A program made the translations under genes and the position numbers. Source: Bacillota bacterium (GTDB taxonomy: Bacteria; Bacillota_I; Bacilli_A; ML615J-28; CAG-698). Taken from it: DNA of 64,000 nucleotides. The notes beneath the pieces were generated by a model. It was not told the DNA's origin. It searched no databases and saw only the letters and a list, made by a program, of their open reading frames with translations. The DNA lies in NCBI GenBank assembly GCA_023410025.1, contig JAEYQM010000030.1, positions 6,420 through 70,419 of the forward strand, given 5' to 3'. Shown here one piece after another: positions 38,392 through 47,748 of this stretch. The stretch's first letter is position 1, and every line of letters starts with the position of its first letter.

Positions 38392-40734
38392 TTATTTCTT
38401 AAATTTTGCTGCTCTTAATGAATTTAATATTGCAATTAATGATACACCAACATCAGCAAATATAGCATCCCACATATGTGATATTTCTAAAGGAGCTAAT
38501 ATTAACACAAGAGCTTTAATAATTAAAGCAAGACAAATATTTTGAATTACGATTTTTTTTGTCTTTTTTGCAATTTTTATAGCAAGAGGTATTTTTGTTA
38601 GATCATCATCCATCAATACTATATCGGCTACTTTAATAGCGGCATCACTACCAAAACCACCCATAGCTATACCTACATCAGCACTACTTAATACTGGGGC
38701 ATCATTAACACCATCACCAATAAATATTTGTTTTCTATTATCATCCTTACGAAGTTTTCGTAATTTTTTAACCTTATCTACAGGCATCATCTCATAATAT
38801 ACATCATTTATACCTAAATCACTTGCTACTTTTTTTGCAACATTTTCCTTATCACCAGTAATCATAGCAACATTAATTTTCATTTTTTGTAATTCTTTGA
38901 TTACATCTTTAGCTTCAGGTTTTATAATATCGCGAATTATAATATATCCTACATATTCTAAATTCTTGGCAACATATACAACAACTCCATCAGTATCAAT
39001 TGATGGAACTTTAATTTTAAGTTTTGCCATAAAATTATCATTCCCAACAGAAATGTCGTCATCGTCTAAATATATTCTTGCACCTAGTCTAGTTGACTTA
39101 GCATGAATTTTAATTTTTTCTTCTTCAATATTATCTTTACCATATTCATTTACAATTGATTTTGCTATCGGATGGCTACTAATTGTTTCACAATGAGCAG
39201 CAAGCCTTAATACATCCTCATCATTTTCACTAACAACTTGTTCGACACTAAATTCACCCTTAGTAAGAGTTCCAGTTTTATCAAAAACAGCTGAACCAAC
39301 ATTTGATAATGCTTCAAGATAATTACTTCCTTTAACTAAGATACCATGTTTACTTGCTCCACCAATTCCTCCAAAAAATCCTAAAGGAATTGAAATTACT
39401 AAGGCACATGGACATGATGCAACTAAGAATATCATCGAAGCATAAATTGTTACTTTAAAATCATCCCATGTTGGTGCAATTTTAAGAAGTGGTGATAATG
39501 CCCACAAAAGTGCCATAATTACAATAGTTGGTGTATAATACTTCGCAAGTTTTGTAACTAATGTTTCTGTTTTTGCTTTTAAACTACTTGCATTTTCTAC
39601 CATTTGTAATATTTGTGATAAAGTTGAATCATTATAAATTTTTTCCACTTTAATTGTTAGTGTACCATTGGTATTAATTGAACCAGATATTACTTGGCTA
39701 CCAACACTTACATCAATATATTTTGTTTCACCAGTTAAACTTGATACATCAAGTGAGGCCTCTCCCGTCAAAACGACACCATCTAAAGGTATTCTTTCTC
39801 CTGTTTTTACTAAAATGATATCTCCAACCACTATTTCAAGTGGATCAACTTCAATGCTTTCCCCATTTATTAAAAGCCTTGCATGAGTAGGTTGAATATC
39901 TAATAAAGAGGAAATTGACTTTCTTGTTTTATTAACTGCATTTTCTTGTAATAATTCGCCAATTTTATAAAAAATCATTACTGATACAGCTTCTTCATAA
40001 TAACCAATTCCTAAAGCAACTAAAGTTGCCAGTGTCATTAAAAATTTTTCATCAAATAGTCTTCCATTAACGATATTTTTAAATGCACCTGTTATTACAT
40101 CTTTTCCTAAAAGGGCATAGGCTATCAAATAAAAGGCAATAACAAAAACATCAGGAATTTTAATATCCCAAAATTCTAACAATGAGAACTTAACAATTAC
40201 ACCAAGTAAGAATAAAGCTGTCCCAATTATAAATGAAAACTTATCCCACCCAGAAATTTTAATATTATCATGTTCTCTTTTTTTATGTTCAAGATTAGTT
40301 CTAACTTTAATACCATTGTCGACACTTGATGCAATTGTCTGAACACTACTCATTAAGTTATCCACATTTGCAAGATCATCAGTTTCGATAATAAAACGAG
40401 AAGTTGCAAAGTCAACAACGATAAATTTATGTTTAATCGTTCTTTTAGCAATCCTTTCAATTTTACCAGCACAATTAGCACAATCTAAGCCATCAAGAAT
40501 AAAAACTTTACGAACTGAAGTTGTCGATTTTAAATCATTAAATAAAACACCATTACTTGTTAATATATCTTCAATTCTATATAATGTATCATCATTATCA
40601 ATACTAAAACTAAGAACCAAAGAAGATCTGTTTAGTTCATAATCTAAGTTTGGAAAAACATTAGAAAAATCATTCTCTAATTTATCTAAAACTTGGGTGT
40701 TTTTTAGCCCACTTAAAATATATTCCCTTTTCAT
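38392..40734 (-). CDS. cadA: P1B-type heavy-metal (Cd/Zn-type) translocating ATPase, CadA-like
   Basis: An N-terminal HMA domain with GLDCANCAGKIE (CadA-type CANC), the membrane CPC motif (VASCPCAL), DKTGTLT and GDGVNDAP. Confidence 0.85.
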   Translation of the reverse strand: MKREYILSGLKNTQVLDKLENDFSNVFPNLDYELNRSSLVLSFSIDNDDTLYRIEDILTSNGVLFNDLKSTTSVRKVFILDGLDCANCAGKIERIAKRTIKHKFIVVDFATSRFIIETDDLANVDNLMSSVQTIASSVDNGIKVRTNLEHKKREHDNIKISGWDKFSFIIGTALFLLGVIVKFSLLEFWDIKIPDVFVIAFYLIAYALLGKDVITGAFKNIVNGRLFDEKFLMTLATLVALGIGYYEEAVSVMIFYKIGELLQENAVNKTRKSISSLLDIQPTHARLLINGESIEVDPLEIVVGDIILVKTGERIPLDGVVLTGEASLDVSSLTGETKYIDVSVGSQVISGSINTNGTLTIKVEKIYNDSTLSQILQMVENASSLKAKTETLVTKLAKYYTPTIVIMALLWALSPLLKIAPTWDDFKVTIYASMIFLVASCPCALVISIPLGFFGGIGGASKHGILVKGSNYLEALSNVGSAVFDKTGTLTKGEFSVEQVVSENDEDVLRLAAHCETISSHPIAKSIVNEYGKDNIEEEKIKIHAKSTRLGARIYLDDDDISVGNDNFMAKLKIKVPSIDTDGVVVYVAKNLEYVGYIIIRDIIKPEAKDVIKELQKMKINVAMITGDKENVAKKVASDLGINDVYYEMMPVDKVKKLRKLRKDDNRKQIFIGDGVNDAPVLSSADVGIAMGGFGSDAAIKVADIVLMDDDLTKIPLAIKIAKKTKKIVIQNICLALIIKALVLILAPLEISHMWDAIFADVGVSLIAILNSLRAAKFKK

Positions 40735-41021
40735 TCTTCTCCCCTACAGTCATTTATATGTTTACTAACTTGGTCAATAATCATCTTAACATGACTATCA
40801 CTTATATAATATAATCTTTCTTTTCCAATTTGGTTAAATCTAACAATATCAGCATCTCTTAAAATTTTCAACTGATGTGATACAGCTGATTGACTAATAC
40901 CAGTATCTTTACAAATACAGTTAACATTTTTAGATTCATTAAAAATAGAATCGATTATTGCTAACCTAGTCTCATCTCCGAGTGCTTTAAAAATTGAAAC
41001 ACTTTTATCTTTATTAATCAT
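40731..41021 (-). CDS. cadC: ArsR/SmtB-family metalloregulator, CadC-like
   Basis: LGDETRLAI...CxC...SQSAVSHQLKILRDA is the classic ArsR HTH with a metal-site Cys pair. It overlaps cadA by 4 nt. Confidence 0.85.
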   Translation of the reverse strand: MINKDKSVSIFKALGDETRLAIIDSIFNESKNVNCICKDTGISQSAVSHQLKILRDADIVRFNQIGKERLYYISDSHVKMIIDQVSKHINDCRGEE

Positions 41022-41048
41022 AATGCCCCCATATATGAATAGATACTC

Positions 41049-41086
41049 ATATGAATATTATACATTCATTATAATTATATGTCAAC
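41049..41086 (-). promoter_or_regulatory. cadC promoter with an ArsR-type operator
   Basis: On the minus strand, TTGACA, a 17-nt spacer, then TATAAT. The inverted repeat ATGAAT-gtataat-ATTCAT (plus 41051-41069) straddles the -10 box. Confidence 0.5.
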
Positions 41087-41138
41087 ACAATAAAGATTTA
41101 TAATTTTATATCAAAAAAAAATAGGCATAGCCTATTTT

Positions 41139-41399
41139 TTAAAAAGCATCAATTGAAATTTCGATTCTTTTGCCTTCACGTGCAGCACAAGCAAAAGCAA
41201 TTGTTCTAATGGCATTTGCAACACGGCCTTTTTTTCCAATAACTCTACCTAAATCGGCTTGATTAACCATTACTTGTAAAGTGATTGATTCAGCTTCTTC
41301 AGAAAATATCTTAACTTTTACTTCATTAGGATAAATCACTAACGGAGCAATTAAATCTGTTAAGAATTTCTCGTAATTAATTCCAGCCATTAGCATCAC
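41139..41399 (-). CDS. KH-domain RNA-binding protein, YlqC-like
   Basis: 86 aa with GRVIGKKGRVANAIR, which matches the KH GxxG loop. It sits in the conserved position after rpsP. Confidence 0.85.
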   Translation of the reverse strand: MMLMAGINYEKFLTDLIAPLVIYPNEVKVKIFSEEAESITLQVMVNQADLGRVIGKKGRVANAIRTIAFACAAREGKRIEISIDAF

Positions 41400-41660
41400 C
41401 TACTTTTTATTTGTAAACTTGTCAGTAATGCCTAATTTATTGAATAACGCTTTAACAGTGTCAGTTGGTTGTGCACCATTTGTTAACCAGTTTAATGCTT
41501 TTTCTTCATCAATTTTAACTTGGTTTTCTTTCATAAGTGGATGATATGTTCCAATTACTTCTAAGAATTGACCATCACGAGGACTTCTTGAATCAGCAGC
41601 AACTACACGGTAGAATGGGCGTTTATGTGAACCAAATCTTTGTAATCTAATTTTTACCAT
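41400..41660 (-). CDS. rpsP: 30S ribosomal protein S16
   Basis: [25 protein letters not shown] matches the S16 N-terminus. Confidence 0.95.
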   Translation of the reverse strand: MVKIRLQRFGSHKRPFYRVVAADSRSPRDGQFLEVIGTYHPLMKENQVKIDEEKALNWLTNGAQPTDTVKALFNKLGITDKFTNKK

Positions 41661-41684
41661 ATTAATAATCTCCTTTTTAAGAAC

Positions 41685-41713
41685 ATTATACTCTATTTAA
41701 AAAATGCTGTCAA
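41685..41713 (-). promoter_or_regulatory. rpsP promoter
   Basis: On the minus strand, a perfect TTGACA, a 17-nt spacer, then TATAAT. The -35 box lies inside the 3' arm of the upstream terminator hairpin. Confidence 0.55.
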
Positions 41714-41730
41714 GTATTTTTTCTTGACAG
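41704..41730 (-). terminator. terminator of the ylbE-like gene
   Basis: gctgtcaag-N9-cttgacagc followed by a T-run on the minus strand. Confidence 0.55.
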
Positions 41731-41732
41731 CG

Positions 41733-41960
41733 TTAATTTTTATTCATATATTTCATCAGGGCATTTGCAAAATTGATTTGATTTTGGAGTTTTTCAAGTT
41801 TATCCCTTGTTGTTAACTTCAAAGCTTTTTTAACTTCACTTTCAAATAAAGAGTAATTTTTAGGATCATCATCTAGATATTGATACCATTTCGGATGATA
41901 TCGTAAATAATTTAGATACCCTTCATTTTCATACAGTTTTTCTAGTATTTTTCTATCCAT
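41733..41960 (-). CDS. YlbE-like small protein
   Basis: 75 aa. YLRYHPKWYQYL resembles YlbE (HPEWYRIL). It is adjacent to the ylbD-like gene, as in Bacillus. Confidence 0.45.
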   Translation of the reverse strand: MDRKILEKLYENEGYLNYLRYHPKWYQYLDDDPKNYSLFESEVKKALKLTTRDKLEKLQNQINFANALMKYMNKN

Positions 41961-42314
41961 CTAATCCCACCAGTCTGAATACAGACTGCTTACTTGTGGT
42001 AGTTTTGGTGTTTTTCCACCTGTAAATGTTTGGGCTATTTGGATAACTTTTTGAGCTGTATTTAAAGTTCTATTTAATGAATCAGGATTAATCTTTTGAA
42101 TATGACCAACAATGCTTTTAATACTATCTATATTAAGCGGTTCTTTAGTTTCTTGTTGGACAACTTTTTGGAATTTACCCCAATCACTGTGTTCCCCATA
42201 TAGAACCCATTCCTCATATATATTTTGCCAAGTTGTTTTACCACTTTTTACTTCATCTCGTAGTAATGGATATTTATTTACAAATGCACGAAACTCATCC
42301 ATACGTGATTCCAT
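41961..42314 (-). CDS. YlbD-like putative coat protein
   Basis: 117 aa. FRAFVNKYPLLRDEVKSGKTTWQNIYEEWVLYGE resembles YlbD. RBS is AGGAGGG. Confidence 0.45.
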   Translation of the reverse strand: MESRMDEFRAFVNKYPLLRDEVKSGKTTWQNIYEEWVLYGEHSDWGKFQKVVQQETKEPLNIDSIKSIVGHIQKINPDSLNRTLNTAQKVIQIAQTFTGGKTPKLPQVSSLYSDWWD

Positions 42315-42359
42315 ATTATCCCTCCTGTTATAGTTTATTATCTAACTATAAATTTGGTG

Positions 42360-42812
42360 CTAGTTTATTTCAATAATATTAATAAACCCTTCTTCATAAA
42401 CAGGAACTTGAATCTTTTTACTATATAAACTACATACTTCAACTGGTAGATATAATTCTTCTTTATTTAAATTTCTAATTTCTACTCTTTTTTTACAAAT
42501 ATCAACTGGAACGTTAAAATAATAAGCAACTACTTCAAAATCATTATAATAGGCTCTAATTTCGTCTATATTCGATTTTCGTACCATATAATCAATATTT
42601 GTAGCATCCAAAATTACATCTATTCCTTGAGCCAAATAATGAGCGCATAGTCTATAAACTTCCGGAAATACCTTTGCTTCATTTATTCCTGGATTATCTT
42701 TTCTGATCTTATCACTCGAAACTATAATTGCATTATTTTTATTTGATAAGACTTTTGAATATGTACTTTTTCCACTTCCAGGGATCCCTATTAGCATATG
42801 TAGATTTGTCAT
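42360..42812 (-). CDS. P-loop NTPase / predicted kinase (AAA_33-like)
   Basis: Walker A GIPGSGKST and a compact 150-aa kinase fold resembling the PNK kinase domain. Confidence 0.6.
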   Translation of the reverse strand: MTNLHMLIGIPGSGKSTYSKVLSNKNNAIIVSSDKIRKDNPGINEAKVFPEVYRLCAHYLAQGIDVILDATNIDYMVRKSNIDEIRAYYNDFEVVAYYFNVPVDICKKRVEIRNLNKEELYLPVEVCSLYSKKIQVPVYEEGFINIIEIN

Positions 42813-42819
42813 TCTTACC

Positions 42820-43521
42820 TCATTTTTTTAATAATAATATTTCTTCTTGTGTTAATGGTCGATATTGCCCTGGTTGTAAACTATCATCTAAAATTACTTC
42901 ACCTATAGCTAGGCGCTTTAAATATAACACTTCATTATCAATGGCGTAAAACATTCTTTTTACTTGGTGAAATTTGCCTTCAGTTATATAAACATGATAT
43001 TCATAATCAGATATCTTTTCTAACCTTGCCTTCTCAGTTATAAAAGTTTCCCCATCACCATCTTTTATTTCAAGTCCATTTTCAAATTTATATTTATTTT
43101 CTTCATTAACAATTTCTTTGGATTTCACCAAATATTTTTTAAATACTTTGTTTTTTGGTGCAGTTACTAAATGAGAAAACTCTCCATTGTTAGTAAGAAT
43201 AACTAATCCTTCCGTATCCTTATCAAGTCTACCAACTGGAAAAATTTCTTTTTTCTCATCAATTAATTGAACAACTGTCTTCGATAACTTATCAGTTGTA
43301 GCACAAATATATCCTGCTGGTTTATTCAACATATAGTAAACAAACTCACGATATTCTAACAAATTATCATTATAGTATATCAAATCTTTTTCTTCATTGA
43401 TATAATGATCTTTTTTTCTTACAACCATATCATTAACTTTTATAAACCCTTTTGATATCAAATCTCTAACTTCATTTCTTGATAAATCAAGGGCTTTTGA
43501 TAAATATTTATCTAAACGCAT
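42820..43521 (-). CDS. rsuA: 16S rRNA pseudouridine synthase, RsuA family
   Basis: An N-terminal S4 domain (MRLDKYL) and the catalytic motif PVGRLDKDTEGL. Confidence 0.85.
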   Translation of the reverse strand: MRLDKYLSKALDLSRNEVRDLISKGFIKVNDMVVRKKDHYINEEKDLIYYNDNLLEYREFVYYMLNKPAGYICATTDKLSKTVVQLIDEKKEIFPVGRLDKDTEGLVILTNNGEFSHLVTAPKNKVFKKYLVKSKEIVNEENKYKFENGLEIKDGDGETFITEKARLEKISDYEYHVYITEGKFHQVKRMFYAIDNEVLYLKRLAIGEVILDDSLQPGQYRPLTQEEILLLKK

Positions 43522-43577
43522 ATCTTCTCACCTTTTATATACTTTTTTCATAATATACATTGAAAGGAAGGTATATT

Positions 43578-43889
43578 ATGTTTAAAAAGAATCCATTCAG
43601 CCAAGAAAGAATGAATCCTGATTTCCATCAAATGAACCCTCAATATATGCAAATGCAACCAATGCAACAAATGCAACCAATGCAACCGATGCAACAAATG
43701 CAACCGATGCAACAAGATATGGGACCAGGTTTCCAAATGAATAGAGTCCAATATGAAATTATGGAAAACCGTCGCAGACTTAATAATCTAGCAAAAAGAG
43801 TATCAAGAATTGAATCTTATTTAAGAATTAAAGATTCTCCAGAATACGGATATATTGAAGAGGAAAAACCTAATCAATTCTCATATTAG
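43578..43889 (+). CDS. Met/Gln/Pro-rich low-complexity protein (possible coat or YppG-like)
   Basis: ATG at 43578 with a gaaaggaagg RBS. It carries seven MQP/MQQ triplets encoded by 9-nt tandem repeats (ATGCAACCA/ATGCAACAA) and ends in a C-terminal amphipathic helix. Confidence 0.45.
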   Translation: MFKKNPFSQERMNPDFHQMNPQYMQMQPMQQMQPMQPMQQMQPMQQDMGPGFQMNRVQYEIMENRRRLNNLAKRVSRIESYLRIKDSPEYGYIEEEKPNQFSY

Positions 43890-44135
43890 ATTTTTCATTG
43901 TATGATAAATAGAAACACGAGATTTTTCGTATAGCATCTTATCATATTTTTTTTCTAAAGCTTTATTTTTTAAAATATTTCTATAAACGACATAACTATC
44001 AATAAGTTTTTGTTTACTTACTTTATTATATTTACTTTGTTCAATCAACTTAAAGAATTCAAAAATCTTTATAATTTCTGAAACATTAAACATATCATAA
44101 TCGATATTATATTCATAATTTTGTTCTTTTTCCAT
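43881..44135 (-). CDS. hypothetical protein of 84 aa
   Basis: An ORF with an ATG start. I recognise no family. Its end converges on and overlaps the preceding gene by 9 nt. Confidence 0.35.
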   Translation of the reverse strand: MEKEQNYEYNIDYDMFNVSEIIKIFEFFKLIEQSKYNKVSKQKLIDSYVVYRNILKNKALEKKYDKMLYEKSRVSIYHTMKNLI

Positions 44136-44252
44136 TTTATCACCTTGAATAAGTATACCATATAAAAGTAAAATAATAAAGAAATATAATGGGTAAATAT
44201 ACTAGCAAATTAATTAAAAATACATAATATAGTGTCGAGAGGAGGTTTCATT

Positions 44253-44399
44253 ATGTACGGATATCAAGGCTATTATGGTTGTCAATCAGGCTATGGCTGC
44301 GGAACAGGCGTAGGTACAGGTGCAGGCTATGCATTAATTCTTGTATTATTCATTTTACTTGTTATTATTGGTTCAGCATGGAATAATTTCAGATGTTAG
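44253..44399 (+). CDS. YjcZ-family small sporulation protein (48 aa)
   Basis: It is not in the ORF track because it is below the length cutoff. MYGYQGYYGCQSGYGCGTGVGTGAGYALILVLFILLVIIG... has the Gly/Tyr-rich N-terminus plus FALIVVLFILLII helix typical of YjcZ. It has a strong RBS (gagaggagg), a CATAATATA motif upstream and a terminator hairpin downstream. Confidence 0.55.
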   Translation: MYGYQGYYGCQSGYGCGTGVGTGAGYALILVLFILLVIIGSAWNNFRC

Positions 44400-44403
44400 T
44401 TGA

Positions 44404-44428
44404 AAGGGAGCAAAAGCTCCTTTTTTCA
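44404..44428 (+). terminator. terminator after the yjcZ-like ORF
   Basis: aaagggagc-aaaa-gctccttttttt. Confidence 0.6.
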
Positions 44429-44479
44429 TTTAACTTGAATATATTATAAGATTATGGTATTATCTATTTGGTGAAAAAA

Positions 44480-45061
44480 ATGCTAAGTTATAAAAATATT
44501 ATTAAAGAAGAACATGTTGATTTAAGAAAAATATCTGAAGATGTAAAGTTACCTTTATCTTCAGAAGATATAGATACTCTTAATTTAATGAATGAATATT
44601 TAATTAATGGGTATGATGATGAAAAGTGCGAACTATATGATATTAGACCAGGAGTGGGAATATCAGCAGTTCAAATAGATGTACTGAAAAAAATGTTTGT
44701 TGTTCTTTGTTATGACGAAAATGATGAATTACATCATTATGGGGTAATTAATCCCAAAATTATTTCTCATTCTGAAGAATTAACATATCTTGAAACTGGT
44801 GAAGGATGTCTATCTGTTGATAGACAAATTGGTGGTTTTGTTCATCGTCCAAAAAGAATAACTGCTAGATGTATCCTTTATAATTTTGATGATAAAACTT
44901 ACAAAGAAACAACAATTAAACTTAGAGGTTTTCTAGCAATAGTTTTCCAACATGAATATGATCATTTATTTGGAAGATTATTCTTTGATCACATCAATAA
45001 AGATAATCCATTCTTTGTCCCTAGTAACTCTACACCTGTAAAGTTTAAGGATGTTGAATAA
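44480..45061 (+). CDS. def: peptide deformylase
   Basis: EGCLS, QHEYDHL and HxxxH metal motifs. The start is set at the ATG at 44480. Confidence 0.9.
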   Translation: MLSYKNIIKEEHVDLRKISEDVKLPLSSEDIDTLNLMNEYLINGYDDEKCELYDIRPGVGISAVQIDVLKKMFVVLCYDENDELHHYGVINPKIISHSEELTYLETGEGCLSVDRQIGGFVHRPKRITARCILYNFDDKTYKETTIKLRGFLAIVFQHEYDHLFGRLFFDHINKDNPFFVPSNSTPVKFKDVE

Positions 45062-45090
45062 AAAAAAGCCTGTTAAGGCTTTTTTTTATT
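45062..45090. terminator. bidirectional terminator
   Basis: aaaaaaaagcctg-ttaa-ggcttttttt. Confidence 0.6.
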
Positions 45091-45892
45091 CTATTAATCC
45101 AAAGTATTTAAAGGCTTTATAGAAACCATCATTACTAATATGATCAGTAACATAGTCACTTACCGCTTTTAACTTTTCAGTTGCATTTCCCATGGCAATT
45201 CCAAGACCTGCCATTTTAACCATTTCAATATCATTGTCACCATCGCCAATGGCAATAACATCCTCAATATCCATCCCTAATTCTTCAATTAGTAATTTTA
45301 GCCCCTTACCTTTTGATTGACCTTTTTTAATAATATCGCAACCAACAGTTGTCCATCTTACAAAATCAAATTCAGGGTTGTCCTTCTTTAATTCTTCAAT
45401 ATCCTTTTCATCACAAAAGCACCACATTTGGTGAACTTTTTGTTCCTTATAAAATTCACCATTCACTGGAGGCAAGTTTAAATTTAAATCCGTAAAGGCT
45501 TGTGTAACCCTACTATTTATTTCACTTATAGCTTCTTTATAAGCAGATTCAAATCCATATGTGATATTTTTCTCGTTTAAATTACGAATCAATTTTTCCA
45601 AACTAAAAAAATTAATTGTGTCTTCATAAATTGTGCTATTTCTAGAAATAATATGTTGGCCATTAATTAAAATATAATGATTAATCAAATGCATTATTTC
45701 TTGGATTGAATATAACATGAAATATGCACGACCTGATGCAATGACTAATTCATGATTATTTTGTTTTAATAGTTCTAAAGCTTTGATGGTTGATGGATGT
45801 ATAATTTTTTTGTCATTATCGACAATAGTTCCATCAATATCTAGCAAAATTAATTTCTTTTTCAATTTTCTCACCAAAGATATTATACACAA
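45086..45892 (-). CDS. Cof-type HAD-IIB family phosphatase
   Basis: The DxDGT motif (LLDIDGTIV) and the C-terminal GDGDNDIEM motif. Confidence 0.8.
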   Translation of the reverse strand: MCIISLVRKLKKKLILLDIDGTIVDNDKKIIHPSTIKALELLKQNNHELVIASGRAYFMLYSIQEIMHLINHYILINGQHIISRNSTIYEDTINFFSLEKLIRNLNEKNITYGFESAYKEAISEINSRVTQAFTDLNLNLPPVNGEFYKEQKVHQMWCFCDEKDIEELKKDNPEFDFVRWTTVGCDIIKKGQSKGKGLKLLIEELGMDIEDVIAIGDGDNDIEMVKMAGLGIAMGNATEKLKAVSDYVTDHISNDGFYKAFKYFGLIE

Positions 45893-45974
45893 TAATCCTT
45901 AAAAATAAATGTTTTTAACTTTATTTTTATTATTTATTAGTGTATAATTAAATAAAAAGAAGGGAGTTTACAAC

Positions 45975-47663
45975 TTGAACACAAAATCAAATAAAACTCT
46001 TATCGAACACTTCAATGATGGAAACGTAAAGGTATTTGCCCTTGGCGGTCTAGGTGAAGTCGGTAAGAATATGTACATTGTTGAGGCAGGAAATGAAATA
46101 TTAATTATCGATTCGGGAATTCTTTTTCCTGATAGTTCCTACGGAATCGAATATATCATTCCTGATTATACATACTTAAAAGAAAACGAGGATAAAATCG
46201 TTGGACTATTTATTACCCATGGTCATGAAGACCATATTGGCGGATTACCATATCTATTAAGCCAAATTAAGATTCCAAAAGTATATGCTAATGGATTATC
46301 AATTGGACTTATTAAAAACAAGTTAAATGATTTTCCAACTATAAAATATGAATTTGTTGAATTTAATGATAATTCAGTTTATAAATTTAAGAATTTTGAA
46401 ATATCATTTTTTAGGACAACACATAGTATACCTGATTCATTTGGTATAGCTATAAAAACTAAATTTGGTTATATCTTACACACTGGTGACTTTAAATTTG
46501 ACTTTACACCAATTGCCCATCACGCTGATTTTCATAAGTTGACAACATATAGTAAAGAAGGAGTAATTCTTCTACTATCTGATTCAACAAATGCTGGAGT
46601 AAGAACTTTCTCTTTATCTGAAAGAAAGATATCTGAAAATATTAGAAATATTTTTAGTCAAATTAAAGGAAGAATTCTTATTTCAACATTTGCATCTAAT
46701 GTGTACCGTGTCCAACAAATTGTTGAGGCAAGCGTTGCTGTTGGAAGAAAAATTATTGTTTTTGGACGTAGTATGGAAAAAACAATTAATGTTGGATTAC
46801 AACTTAAGTATATTCATGCTCCTGAGGGAACATTTATTACAGCAAAGGAATTTCCACATTTACCTCCAGAAAAGATTACAATACTAAGTACTGGTTCTCA
46901 AGGTGAACCTCTAGCGGCTTTATCAAGAATTGCTGATGGCGTGCATAAGCAAATTAAGATAATTCCAGGAGACACTATTATCTTTTCATCTTCACCAATT
47001 CCAGGAAACCAAGAAGGTATTAATAGAACTATTAACAAGTTATACAAAGCTGGTGCTAGCGTTATTGTTAACAGCCCACTTACAGATACACATACTTCAG
47101 GTCATGCATCTCAGGAAGAATTAAAATTAATGTTAGTTCTTACTAAACCAAAATACTTTATGCCAATTCACGGTGAATATTCAATGCTTAAGCGTCATTC
47201 AGATCTTGCAATTGCAACTGGTGTCGATAAGAATAATATTTTTATTTTAGAAAATGGTGAGGTATTAACAATTTCTGAAAATGGTCTATACACTGATAGT
47301 TATGTAAAATCTGGGGATATTTACATTGACTCTAATTTCCAAGTGGCCGATGGAACAATTATTAAAGAAAGAAAATTACTTTCTGATGATGGTATGCTTA
47401 CTTGTATATTTACTGTATCTGAAGGAAAACAATTAAATGTCCCTTCAATTTCATCTAGAGGATTTATATATATGAAAAACTCTGAAACACTAGTAAATAA
47501 TATTAGTCAAAAAGCATTTGATACTTTAAATAGATATTTATCTACTCATAAAAATCCAAATTACACATCAGTAAAGGGATTTATTTCAAATGAATTAAGT
47601 ACTTATATTTATGAATTAACCGAAAGAAAGCCTATAATTATTCCTATGATTATGGAGATATAA
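45975..47663 (+). CDS. rnj: ribonuclease J
   Basis: A metallo-beta-lactamase HGHEDHIGG motif, a beta-CASP domain and the RNase J C-terminal domain. The start is TTG, with a GGGAG RBS. Confidence 0.9.
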   Translation: MNTKSNKTLIEHFNDGNVKVFALGGLGEVGKNMYIVEAGNEILIIDSGILFPDSSYGIEYIIPDYTYLKENEDKIVGLFITHGHEDHIGGLPYLLSQIKIPKVYANGLSIGLIKNKLNDFPTIKYEFVEFNDNSVYKFKNFEISFFRTTHSIPDSFGIAIKTKFGYILHTGDFKFDFTPIAHHADFHKLTTYSKEGVILLLSDSTNAGVRTFSLSERKISENIRNIFSQIKGRILISTFASNVYRVQQIVEASVAVGRKIIVFGRSMEKTINVGLQLKYIHAPEGTFITAKEFPHLPPEKITILSTGSQGEPLAALSRIADGVHKQIKIIPGDTIIFSSSPIPGNQEGINRTINKLYKAGASVIVNSPLTDTHTSGHASQEELKLMLVLTKPKYFMPIHGEYSMLKRHSDLAIATGVDKNNIFILENGEVLTISENGLYTDSYVKSGDIYIDSNFQVADGTIIKERKLLSDDGMLTCIFTVSEGKQLNVPSISSRGFIYMKNSETLVNNISQKAFDTLNRYLSTHKNPNYTSVKGFISNELSTYIYELTERKPIIIPMIMEI

Positions 47664-47667
47664 AAAA

Positions 47668-47700
47668 AGCGCAAGATTATAAGTCTTGCGCTTTTTTGAT
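47668..47700. terminator. bidirectional terminator
   Basis: agcgcaagact-tataa-tcttgcgct with flanking A and T runs. Confidence 0.65.
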
Positions 47701-47748
47701 TTGTTCAGAAGAGACAATTATATTATACCACGAAATATTAAAATAACC

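Noticed and set aside
38392-41021. Mobile element or IS carrying cadCA
   Set aside because: There are no transposase or recombinase ORFs and no terminal inverted repeats at the module boundaries. The flanks are ordinary terminators and promoters.
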